Source: Spirochaetia bacterium (lineage in GTDB: Bacteria > Spirochaetota > Spirochaetia > UBA9216). Taken from it: a DNA stretch of 64,000 bases. Position numbers and translations under genes: made by a program. Under the pieces are notes generated by a model. It ran no database searches. It worked only from the letters and a program-made list of their open reading frames with translations, and was not told the DNA's origin. Below are positions 15,744 to 24,436 of this stretch, piece after piece. The first letter of the stretch is position 1, and each line of letters starts with the position of its first letter. The stretch lies in NCBI GenBank assembly GCA_963675665.1, contig OY776510.1:736001-800000 (forward strand), in the 5' to 3' direction.

Positions 15744-16874
15744 TCAAAATCCGTACCTGATCGAATCAGCCGTCAAAAATCCCGACGGAGATGAATAAAC
15801 AGCCCGCCTGAAAACGTTTCTCAATTCACGAACGTTTCCGGGCCAGTTGTGTTCATAAAGTCTTTCAATAAACGAGTCTGTCATCTCATACTGCTTATTC
15901 GGCCGCTCGCTGCTTAACTGGGAACTGAAATGCATCAGCAGTTCGGGAATGTCGTCCATACGCTCACGCAGCGGCGGCAGCTGTATTCTGAACTCGTCTA
16001 TACGGAACAGAAGATCCTGTCTGAAACGTCCGGCAAGGGTTTCTTTCGGCAGGTTTTTATTTGTTGCCGATATCAGACGGGCATCTATTCTCTTTATACG
16101 GTTTGATCCGAGCTTTCTTACTTCTCCGGACTCAAGGACCCTCAGCAGCTCCGCCTGTGCCGAAGGTTCAATGTCTGCAATTTCATCAAGAAACAGGGTG
16201 CCGCCGTCTGCAAATTCGAAATGCCCGGCTCTGTTTACCGCCCCGGTATAAGCCCCCTGAGAAGACCCGAAAAACTCGGAAACGCTCAGCGCCGCGGGAA
16301 TGGCCCCCGCATTTACTGCATGGAAAGTATTATACTTTCGATCCGAAAAATCATGAAGCAGCCGGGCGATTATTTCCTTTCCGGTTCCGCTTTCCCCGGT
16401 AACGAGAACCGGTCCCGGCGCATTACACAATCCAAGGATCTCTTCCTTTACCCGTATCATTTTATCGGAAGACCCGACAAGTGCCGACATCCGGCTGTTA
16501 AGCCTGTAGCGTTCTACAGCGGAATATGTTTTCAAACGATCAGCGGCATATTGTTCGATGATTTCATTAAGCCCGCACGGATCAGAAGCCAATTCCAGAA
16601 AACAGGCGTCCTTTTCCGGAATTTTATAATCTGCCCGGTTTGTCTCCGCTTTTTTGTAAAAAATAACCAGTTTGAACGAATAACGGGAAATTTTTCTGCA
16701 TTCTTCCGCAGAAACAGACGGACCGGTAAGTATAATATCAACAGTAGCTTCTTCCAGTATTGAGGACGCTTCCGTAAAATCAGGAACTGAAACAACCGTG
16801 CAAAAATCGGGGATTTTTCCCTGAATAAGAATTCGGTTTGTGAGGATTTTCTCAACGAATAATATTTTCACCAT
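15744..16874 (-). CDS. Sigma54-interacting AAA+ activator with degenerate receiver and no C-terminal HTH
   Basis: GESGTGKE, GAYTGA, GGTLFLDE, FRQDLLFR and WPGNVREL; protein ends shortly after the AAA+ domain. Confidence 0.9.
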   Translation of the reverse strand: MVKILFVEKILTNRILIQGKIPDFCTVVSVPDFTEASSILEEATVDIILTGPSVSAEECRKISRYSFKLVIFYKKAETNRADYKIPEKDACFLELASDPCGLNEIIEQYAADRLKTYSAVERYRLNSRMSALVGSSDKMIRVKEEILGLCNAPGPVLVTGESGTGKEIIARLLHDFSDRKYNTFHAVNAGAIPAALSVSEFFGSSQGAYTGAVNRAGHFEFADGGTLFLDEIADIEPSAQAELLRVLESGEVRKLGSNRIKRIDARLISATNKNLPKETLAGRFRQDLLFRIDEFRIQLPPLRERMDDIPELLMHFSSQLSSERPNKQYEMTDSFIERLYEHNWPGNVRELRNVFRRAVYSSPSGFLTADSIRYGF

Positions 16875-16951
16875 TTTGTTATTGCTCTTCTTAAATAAAA
16901 TCTTTTTTACATCTTAAATTCTGTTTTTATAAAATAATTTTACCCTGTAAT

Positions 16952-16987
16952 AAAAAAGCGGGCAAGAAAAAAATTTTCCGCCCGCTT
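16952..16987 (-). terminator. Rho-independent terminator after ybjQ
   Basis: AAGCGGGC...GCCCGCTT stem with T6 tract on the minus strand. Confidence 0.7.
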
Positions 16988-17008
16988 CTTTAGTTTAATA
17001 TTACTTGT

Positions 17009-17338
17009 TTATTCGAATTCAACAGCTGTTCCGTAAGCCAGAAACTCGGCGGCGCCCTGCATCATGCTGGTTGTTGTAAAGCGAAGCCCCACTACAGCAT
17101 CCGCCCCCAGGGATTCGGCATCTTCCATCAGCCTGTCAATCGCCTGTTCCCGGGACTCGGCCATCATCTTTGTATAATCGACGATTTCGCCGCCTACCAT
17201 GTTTTTAAATCCGGCCATAATATCCTTTCCCAGATGTCTCGCCCTGATCGTATTACCGCGCGCCAGTCCAAGCACCTTTTTTATATTTTTTCCGGGCACT
17301 GTTTCCGTTGTCACGATAATCATTCCATTATCACTCAT
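17009..17338 (-). CDS. ybjQ: YbjQ/UPF0145 (putative heavy-metal-binding) family protein
   Basis: IVTTETVPG, MVGGEI, SREQAIDRL, LGADAVVGLRF and AYGTAV. Confidence 0.92.
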   Translation of the reverse strand: MSDNGMIIVTTETVPGKNIKKVLGLARGNTIRARHLGKDIMAGFKNMVGGEIVDYTKMMAESREQAIDRLMEDAESLGADAVVGLRFTTTSMMQGAAEFLAYGTAVEFE

Positions 17339-17769
17339 TTCATTACCCCCTTGTATTTGTCGGTTTTGCTTTCCCTGATTCTGTCCGACAAAGCGGTTAT
17401 AAATAAAACTATAACAGAAACAACAGCAGCTGTAACTATAAATTTCACAAACATCGCTTCCCCGGAATCGGTGAACAGCGTGTAGAGCGCATAGCCGGCA
17501 AGCATCAGCCAGGAGACAATCATCAGGATAAAACCGAAACCTCCGGCAAACCGCCTTCGTCTGCTTCGGTAAAGAGTTTCAAACCATTCTTCTTCCGGAG
17601 CTGCTGTTTTAATGCCCGCAAGCTTTTTCCGCAACTTAAGCAGTCCGATATATTCATCCCTGCAGCGATAGCAGGATTCAAGATGCTCCATCAACGGCGC
17701 AATTTTTTCCTCTTCAAGTTCATCATCTATAAGCATCTGACAATTTATTTTTGCTTCTTCACAATTCAT
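17335..17769 (-). CDS. Zinc-binding (zf-HC2/ZAS) membrane anti-sigma factor
   Basis: MNCEE...HLESCYRC plus two C-terminal TM helices; GGAGG RBS before ATG 17769. Confidence 0.88.
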   Translation of the reverse strand: MNCEEAKINCQMLIDDELEEEKIAPLMEHLESCYRCRDEYIGLLKLRKKLAGIKTAAPEEEWFETLYRSRRRRFAGGFGFILMIVSWLMLAGYALYTLFTDSGEAMFVKFIVTAAVVSVIVLFITALSDRIRESKTDKYKGVMK

Positions 17770-17774
17770 GATTA

Positions 17775-17884
17775 CCTCCAATAAAAACTCTTGCCATGGA
17801 CGGCAAGTTATTGAGAGCGAAGTTTGAGAAGCTTTGCTTTACAAACTTCAAAATGATAAAAACACATGGATGTAATTTTATCAT
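17775..17884. repeat. Three-hairpin intergenic element, copy 3
   Basis: CTTGCC-ATGGAC-GGCAAG (17790-17807); GAAGTTTG...GCTTTGC...CAAACTTC (17819-17849); ATGATAAAA-ACAC-ATGGAT-GTAA-TTTTATCAT (17853-17884). Confidence 0.88.
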
Positions 17885-18384
17885 TCACCCTCCAGTCTGT
17901 TTTTCAGCATTTTCCGCGCATTGAATAATCTTGACATGACTGTGCCTCTCGGAATATCGAGAATTTCAGCCATTTCATCATATGAACATTCATCATAATG
18001 CTTCAGTATGATAATCTCCCTGAATTTCTCGGGCAAACTTAATACGGCAGCCTTTATTTCCTCTCTCGACTCACGCTGCACCACCTCGTTCTCAACAGAA
18101 TCCTCTCCCGGATGCAGTTCCGGAAATTCGAGGCCCGCTTCGGACCCGGATTTTCTTTTCCAGCGGTTGATACACAAATTTTTTGTTATTCTGAACAGCC
18201 ATGGAAATACGGGACGGGCGGGATCAATATTTTTAAAGTTTTTCCAGGCCCTCAGAAAAACCTCCTGTGTGAGATCTGCAGCCTCTTCACTGCTGCCGAG
18301 ATACCTGAAGGCTGTATAGTATACACGCTTGTCATAGGCTTTAAACATCGCGGAAAATGCTTCGCTTTCTTTCATACTATTCAT
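17881..18384 (-). CDS. ECF sigma factor (RpoE/SigW-like)
   Basis: EAADLTQEVFLRAW, FPWLFRITKNLC and SYDEMAEILDIPRGTVMSRL. Confidence 0.93.
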   Translation of the reverse strand: MNSMKESEAFSAMFKAYDKRVYYTAFRYLGSSEEAADLTQEVFLRAWKNFKNIDPARPVFPWLFRITKNLCINRWKRKSGSEAGLEFPELHPGEDSVENEVVQRESREEIKAAVLSLPEKFREIIILKHYDECSYDEMAEILDIPRGTVMSRLFNARKMLKNRLEGE

Positions 18385-18466
18385 TAGTACAACCCTGTTA
18401 CTATTTTATTCATTTTTTTTTAACCTTGTTGCATTATGAATATCGACATGATAAAATTCCGTCATT

Positions 18467-19411
18467 ATGGGAAAAATCTTTTTGCCGCCCCTAAAGTTTT
18501 TGATCTTCTTTCTTGTAAGCGCTGCAATTCTGGTATTTCTTTCAATGCTGTACAGCTGGGAACTTCTGGTCTCTTTATCACTCGAACAAAAGAATAATCT
18601 GCTTTTATTCCTGCCCGCGGCGGCATCCGGTATTGTTTTCCCTGCGGCCTCTTCCGGGCTGCTTTTCTCTGTTTTTGACTACAGAAAAGAGGCTATAAAA
18701 CCTGTTTCTGCCGCAATTACAGCTGCCGCAATATTTCTGGTTCTGTATTTCGGATTCACCTTCACATCTTCAATGATTTCTTCCAACGATATCGCAGAAT
18801 TTCAACCTTTTAACGAAAGAAAGATCCATATGACTGAAAACAGCATTATCTATACAGACGAATGCGATTCGGACATTGTTTCGGGAATCATTATCCGAAA
18901 TCACGACGGCAGTCTTCCCGGGTTTAAATACTACGACAGAGCTGTCTTCAGCAGTACCCCCGGAGCAATACTGCAGTTTGACGATGCCCGCTCAATGGAT
19001 ATAGTTCCGGCAAACCCTGTATTTTACGATTCTTTTCGGCGAAGCGGAATGATCGGCAATTATATCGATGATATCCGGTTTATGAACGAAAGCCTGAAAA
19101 CAGCAGCATTGAACGGCGGCGGAGGTTTTATTCTTCTTGCAGCCGTTTTTTCAGCTTTCCTGATGATTGGCCTTCTTTTTCGTGGAGCATCATCCTGGCC
19201 GCTGTTTGATTTTGCGCTTATATTGTTCTTTCATCGCCTTGTTTATTATCTGTTCAGGCTATTTTCAAGCGAATCCGCATTCATAGCAGATACATTTTTC
19301 GGAGGAAAGCAGGAACTTAACATTCCGCTGTTTACAATTTCAGGACTTACGCTGATTCTTTTTCTCTGCGGTGTTCTTATTAAAACGACCTCGAAAAGGA
19401 AAGTCCGATGA
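18467..19411 (+). CDS. Membrane protein with central periplasmic domain, unknown function
   Basis: About 3 N-terminal and 3 C-terminal TM segments; ATGA overlap with next gene; upstream TTGCAT-17-TAAAAT. Confidence 0.7.
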   Translation: MGKIFLPPLKFLIFFLVSAAILVFLSMLYSWELLVSLSLEQKNNLLLFLPAAASGIVFPAASSGLLFSVFDYRKEAIKPVSAAITAAAIFLVLYFGFTFTSSMISSNDIAEFQPFNERKIHMTENSIIYTDECDSDIVSGIIIRNHDGSLPGFKYYDRAVFSSTPGAILQFDDARSMDIVPANPVFYDSFRRSGMIGNYIDDIRFMNESLKTAALNGGGGFILLAAVFSAFLMIGLLFRGASSWPLFDFALILFFHRLVYYLFRLFSSESAFIADTFFGGKQELNIPLFTISGLTLILFLCGVLIKTTSKRKVR

Positions 19412-21144
19412 ACCTGTCGATACCCAAACGCTTTCTGATTATTTCCGCAGTTCTTTATGTGTGTTCATTCCTTTTTTTCTTTATAATAAATTATGTGCAG
19501 TTTGCTCCGAAGAATATCGATCTGTATTTTAAAGGCAGCTGGATTCTAAACAGCGCCATGATCCGGTTCTTTGATAATATGGTGACAATACAGTGCTGCG
19601 CCATTATTTTTACTTTTTCAGTGTTCTACCCCAGGATTAAAACCGAATCCGGAATTGAAGTGCTTACAGCAAAAAACTTCAATTCCCTGGTTACCGTGGT
19701 TATAATAATCCTGCTGCTTCTGACCGCTGTTTTTTTCACCGAAAAAGAGCTTTTACAGCCGCGCCTGTATCAGAAACTCGACACATTATCCTATCTGACA
19801 AAAACAGGCCGGGCTTATTATGAGCAGGCTGAACAGTACTCTGCAGACGGAAAGTTATTTGAAGCCGAGACTGCAATTAAAAGATATCTCGCCATTAAAC
19901 CTGATGATGAAGCGGCCCTCGATTTATTTAAAACTATCTCCGGCAGGATAGAGAACCAGTATTCACTGGCAGAACGGGATGCCCCGGTTTCTTCAGAATC
20001 CGAACCGGTGCGAGACCTGACATACAAAGACGCAATGAAACTTGCCGAGAATTTTCTTAAAACTGAAGATTATTATTCTGCATACTATTATGCACAGATT
20101 GCTTCCAGACTTTCCGGAGGCGCCGGTGACGCCAGAGGACTTTCCTCCGAAGCATGGGCACTGTTGTCGGAAACCGAACCGTCATCCGAGGAAACCGAGG
20201 CTTTTTCACTGCATAACAGAAAAAAACAGGGCACAAAACTGCTGCTTGCCGGCAAACCGATAGAAGCCTATTATCTGTTTAATCAGCTTGCAGTGGAATA
20301 CCCGGAAGACCCGGATATTATCAAATATACGAAGGAAAGCGTCAGAGAAACCCGTAAGCTTACATATTTTATTGATGAGGCTGAAAACGCATTGAGTTTA
20401 CCCGGCATTACGGACATCTGTTTTCTCAACGTAAACAATGAAACGGAACGTGAGCTTTTTTATTGTGAGAAAGTGGTTTTTCTTTCAGAAGGAATATTTT
20501 TCAGAAATATTGAAACAATGGCAATAGGTTCAGATAAAGGCGTACTCCGCCATATGACCGCTGAATATGGAAAACTCTACGGAGATCACATAGTTCTTAA
20601 CGGAATAGACCGTGAAAACAATAAAATCCGAATCATTCCCGAGTATCTTGTCTCCGATTCTCTTCCGGAACTTTATAACACCATAAAACTTAATATTGAT
20701 TATAACCTTCTCGGCGGCCTGAGCAGCAGCAGTAATATCTACAGAAAGATGAATATAATTGAGCTGTACGAATTTGAACCGTTAATAGCGGCTTTCGGAT
20801 GGATGGTAGAACCGTTGTACCTGGAAATTATAACCAGAATTCTGAACCCCTTTGCATTTATTATTCTGTCGCTTATTATGATTGCCATCAGCTGGAAATA
20901 CCGGCGTTTTGCCGGAAAACTTCCCGTTGCAGCATTAATTCTGTCTCCGGCGCTTGTATACATTATAGCATTATTAACCGAAGCCTATATCTACGGAATC
21001 AGGATTCTCTGCGGATGGCTTTTTTTGGGGTTCGGCAAACCGGCGGCCCTGGCGCTGCTGACTTCAAGCCAGGTAATTCTTCTGATCACCGCATTTCTTC
21101 TTATTGCCGGATTAAAAACATCGGACGGCCGCCAGACAAACTGA
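19408..21144 (+). CDS. Membrane protein with TPR-like periplasmic region (LptF/G-like 3+3 TM topology)
   Basis: 3 TM, helical repeats (YYEQAEQY...AIKRYLAIKPDD), 3 TM. Confidence 0.65.
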   Translation: MNLSIPKRFLIISAVLYVCSFLFFFIINYVQFAPKNIDLYFKGSWILNSAMIRFFDNMVTIQCCAIIFTFSVFYPRIKTESGIEVLTAKNFNSLVTVVIIILLLLTAVFFTEKELLQPRLYQKLDTLSYLTKTGRAYYEQAEQYSADGKLFEAETAIKRYLAIKPDDEAALDLFKTISGRIENQYSLAERDAPVSSESEPVRDLTYKDAMKLAENFLKTEDYYSAYYYAQIASRLSGGAGDARGLSSEAWALLSETEPSSEETEAFSLHNRKKQGTKLLLAGKPIEAYYLFNQLAVEYPEDPDIIKYTKESVRETRKLTYFIDEAENALSLPGITDICFLNVNNETERELFYCEKVVFLSEGIFFRNIETMAIGSDKGVLRHMTAEYGKLYGDHIVLNGIDRENNKIRIIPEYLVSDSLPELYNTIKLNIDYNLLGGLSSSSNIYRKMNIIELYEFEPLIAAFGWMVEPLYLEIITRILNPFAFIILSLIMIAISWKYRRFAGKLPVAALILSPALVYIIALLTEAYIYGIRILCGWLFLGFGKPAALALLTSSQVILLITAFLLIAGLKTSDGRQTN

Positions 21145-21785
21145 TGAATTTTCGCGATCATGTTTTTAAAATTGCAGGAGCAGCTGCCGGTATTATTACA
21201 GGGTTGGGAATTTTCGGATTCATATTCGGGTTGATCGGCGGGGCTCTTATTGATCAGCTGTTTTCTTCGCTGAGAAGAAAGAAAAAACTGAAACTGTTCT
21301 TCAGTAATCCCGGAAATGAAACATCCCCGGAACTTGTTGAAGCAGCCGGGGCTGCCGCCGCCTGGAATAAATGCTCGGGAGATCCGCTTAAGACCGAACT
21401 GCTTTCCAAAATCCTGCAGGACTTTTTTCCTTTTGCCCCCGGACAATGCATTGAGATTCTCAGCGAGGCCGACAATGTCGACTTCGAAGCCTTATCGGTC
21501 TTTTTTAAACAGAATGCCGACGAACCCCAATTGAAAAACCTTGAAAATCTGCTTAAGAAATGCGCCGTCTTAAAGGGGCCGGAACCATCCGAAAAAAGCC
21601 CTGCTGATTATGCCGTTCTGGGCCTCGGCCCTGAAGCCTCGCCTTCTGAAGTTAAACGTGTATACCACAGACTTGCAGCCCAGTTCCACCCCGACGGCGG
21701 CGGTGTTCTGACAGATGAACAGAAACATATAACAGAAGAAGCGTTTAAAAAGATTAAGGACGCCTACGAACGGATTAATCGTTGA
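21144..21785 (+). CDS. DjlA-like membrane-anchored J-domain co-chaperone
   Basis: Gly-rich N-terminal TM; YAVLGL...[15 protein letters not shown]...[11 protein letters not shown]; start reassigned to ATG 21144 (TGATG overlap). Confidence 0.85.
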   Translation: MNFRDHVFKIAGAAAGIITGLGIFGFIFGLIGGALIDQLFSSLRRKKKLKLFFSNPGNETSPELVEAAGAAAAWNKCSGDPLKTELLSKILQDFFPFAPGQCIEILSEADNVDFEALSVFFKQNADEPQLKNLENLLKKCAVLKGPEPSEKSPADYAVLGLGPEASPSEVKRVYHRLAAQFHPDGGGVLTDEQKHITEEAFKKIKDAYERINR

Positions 21786-23055
21786 CCCGCTGAATACGGG
21801 CGCCGAGCGACTGAAGCCGGCCGCTGAGATTTTCATAACCGCGCTCGATCTGGTAAACATTATCAATAACGCTCTGACCTTCAGCGCATAGCGCAGCTAT
21901 AACCATGGCCATTCCTGCGCGGACATCCGGTGAAATCAGGTATGACGCCCGTAACCGGGACGGACCGCTGATTACCGCCCGGTGGGGGTCGCAAAGGATT
22001 ATCCGGGCGCCCATACCGATAAGCTTGTCTACAAAAAACATCCTTGATTCGAACATTTTCTCATGAATAAGTATTGTACCCTCTACCTGGGTCGCGACAA
22101 CCAGCATTATGCTCGTCAGATCAGCCGGAAATCCCGGCCACGGGGCATCATCTATTTTCGGAATCATTCCGCCCAGATCGGAGACTACCTTCATTTCGAG
22201 GCCCGCCGGTACATGGATATCATTTCCGGAGGTTTCCCAATGGATTCCAAGCCGGCCGAAAGCGATTTTGCTCATGCGCAGATGCTCCGGCGCCGCCTTT
22301 TTAATCGTCAGCTCACCGCGGGTTACCGCTGCAAGCCCGATATACGAGCCCACCTCCATAAAATCGGAACCTATGGCAAAATCAGCCCCGTGAAGCTTCT
22401 TAACGCCGGTAATGTACAGGATGTTTGAACCGATGCCTGTTATGCCGGCACCCATGGCATTCAGCATCATACACAGATCCTGCACATGGGGCTCGGAAGC
22501 GGCGTTTCTTATTACCGTTCTGCCCGAGGCAAGTACAGCAGCCATAATGGCATTTTCTGTGGCGGTAACGGACGCCTCATCAAGAAAAATATCAACTCCG
22601 ACAAGTTTATTTGCCAGCAGCTTGTAAACACCGTCCATTTCAACCCTTGCGCCCAGTTCGGTAAATGCAATGAAATGCGTGTCCAGCCGTCTGCGGCCGA
22701 TAACGTCTCCACCCGGCGGCGGCAGAATAACTTTACCGGTTCGGGCGAGAAGCGGGCCGGCAAAGAGAATGGAGGCCCTTATTGCGCGTGCCTGCCCCTG
22801 GGGGATTTCACTTGTTTTGATATCAAGGGTTTTTACGCGGTAAACTCCGCCGCCTTCGCTCTTTACGCCGGCTCCAAGCTCCTGCAGAACTTCGAACATT
22901 ACCCTGACATCTTCAATATCCGGAAGGTTGCGTAAAACAAGTTCTTCTTCCGTCAGCAAACATGCAGCTATACAGGGAAGCGCCGCATTCTTGTTGCCGC
23001 TTGCGGTTACTGTCCCGTTTACGGGAAAACTTCCGTCTATTATATATTTACTCAA
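21775..23055 (-). CDS. murA: UDP-N-acetylglucosamine 1-carboxyvinyltransferase (Asp-type active site)
   Basis: [40 protein letters not shown] and IERGYE. Confidence 0.96.
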   Translation of the reverse strand: MSKYIIDGSFPVNGTVTASGNKNAALPCIAACLLTEEELVLRNLPDIEDVRVMFEVLQELGAGVKSEGGGVYRVKTLDIKTSEIPQGQARAIRASILFAGPLLARTGKVILPPPGGDVIGRRRLDTHFIAFTELGARVEMDGVYKLLANKLVGVDIFLDEASVTATENAIMAAVLASGRTVIRNAASEPHVQDLCMMLNAMGAGITGIGSNILYITGVKKLHGADFAIGSDFMEVGSYIGLAAVTRGELTIKKAAPEHLRMSKIAFGRLGIHWETSGNDIHVPAGLEMKVVSDLGGMIPKIDDAPWPGFPADLTSIMLVVATQVEGTILIHEKMFESRMFFVDKLIGMGARIILCDPHRAVISGPSRLRASYLISPDVRAGMAMVIAALCAEGQSVIDNVYQIERGYENLSGRLQSLGARIQRVND

Positions 23056-23059
23056 TTAT

Positions 23060-24298
23060 TCACCTCAAAGACTCAATTCCGAAAAAGAACTGCCTGTTCT
23101 GAAACGGATTTTTTTTCATATTAAGTTCCGCCACAAATATCCGGCTTTCGCCGTCCCTGTTTCTGAACCTTACAGACACCTTATGGCTGAAATCATTGCG
23201 GTTTGCGTAGGAAAACGGGGTTTCCATTATTTCGGGAAAAACAACCGCGGAAAAGCCCCCTACGTTGAAGAAATCATCTTCTTCCGGCAGTATGTCTGCC
23301 GGTCTGAATATTTTCTCAAGAATATCGGCATCACTCAACCCCTGTTTTTTTAGCTCTGAAAGGGTGTTCGAGTCAAGTGCGTATTCCATAAATCCCGCAT
23401 ACTCTCCCGATCGGAGATATTCGGCGGAAACTATATAGAATTCCCTCAGATTCCGCACAATATTCGTACTCCGGTATTCGGTATATTCACGCAGGTTCCA
23501 TTTATACCAGGTAAGAAAAGTTTCAAATCCGGTTCCTTCTTCAAAACCCTGCTCATGTATTATTATGTCCTGATATCCGTCTTCATCGATATCCTCGACA
23601 AGAGTTATCTGCGACAGATTCTCAAAAACGGTAAACCTGGTTATTCCGTATCCGCTGAGGATTACCAGCTCATTCTCTATTCCGGCCCTTGTTCTGAACG
23701 AAAATTCCAGTGCATAAGGAAAATCAGATCCTTTTTTTATTTCAACGGGATTAACTCCGGTAAAAACCATTTTTCGTGAAACCGGGACGGTATAACGAAG
23801 AACAACATCCCCGCTGTACTGGTAAAAGATCAATAAGAGGAAGTTTGAATACTCATTTCCTGATTGAAAGAGCCTTGCCGTTCTTGAAAACTCCTCAAGC
23901 CTGTTCTCTGCATTATCATCGCCCTCAACCGCCACCACAAGGGCATCGTCATAACCGTTCTTGTCAAGATCATGAATGATCAGAAGCGGTGCATTGCCGT
24001 CCATTACGGCATTTATGTTCCACGGCATCATCTCCTGTATCGTTCTCCTCAACGAAACAGGCGAAAGAGGCGGCAACTGTGGCAGCACTTCTGCTGTTAA
24101 ATCGTCAGCGGCTGCTGTTCTTTCCTCAGGCGCATCCGGAACAGGCGTCGAATCAATTTGGGAAGTAACCGCCGTGACGGTTTCGGGATCATTCCCCTGC
24201 ATTTCCGAAATTTTGACGCTCGTTGTTTCCGTCGGAGTTACGCACGAAAACGAGAGTGGAACCAGCAGCGCTATAAAAAACAGGCGTTTGATTTTCAT
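23060..24298 (-). CDS. Lipoprotein of unknown function with Ca-binding-type DxDxxG loops
   Basis: Lipobox LSFSC; DLDKNGYDD and DIDEDGYQD. Confidence 0.75.
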   Translation of the reverse strand: MKIKRLFFIALLVPLSFSCVTPTETTSVKISEMQGNDPETVTAVTSQIDSTPVPDAPEERTAAADDLTAEVLPQLPPLSPVSLRRTIQEMMPWNINAVMDGNAPLLIIHDLDKNGYDDALVVAVEGDDNAENRLEEFSRTARLFQSGNEYSNFLLLIFYQYSGDVVLRYTVPVSRKMVFTGVNPVEIKKGSDFPYALEFSFRTRAGIENELVILSGYGITRFTVFENLSQITLVEDIDEDGYQDIIIHEQGFEEGTGFETFLTWYKWNLREYTEYRSTNIVRNLREFYIVSAEYLRSGEYAGFMEYALDSNTLSELKKQGLSDADILEKIFRPADILPEEDDFFNVGGFSAVVFPEIMETPFSYANRNDFSHKVSVRFRNRDGESRIFVAELNMKKNPFQNRQFFFGIESLR

Positions 24299-24305
24299 TG
24301 ACTAT

Positions 24306-24334
24306 ATAATAACAGCATAAGGTTTTATCGACAA
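24306..24334 (-). promoter_or_regulatory. Sigma70 promoter predicted to give a leaderless mRNA
   Basis: TTGTCG-17 nt-TATTAT (TGn-extended)-7 nt-ATG(24298). Confidence 0.7.
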
Positions 24335-24436
24335 GGTTGACAAAGAAATCCGGATGCTGCAAGTCTTTACACTACAAAAAAAAATGTTTAGATTATGGGT
24401 ATCTCAAATAAACCATAGATTTTTCCGGAGAAAACG

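Noticed and set aside
20799-21143. N-terminal extension of the J-domain ORF given in the ORF track
   Set aside because: It overlaps the upstream gene by 345 nt; ATG 21144 in a TGATG overlap gives a normal DjlA-like N-terminus.
24366-24436. Threonine attenuator, T-box or lysine riboswitch, and a phase-variable A9 tract in the aspartokinase promoter spacer
   Set aside because: The leader after the TTTACA-17-TAGATT promoter is only about 40 nt with no leader peptide; A9 runs are common here and there is no evidence of length variation.
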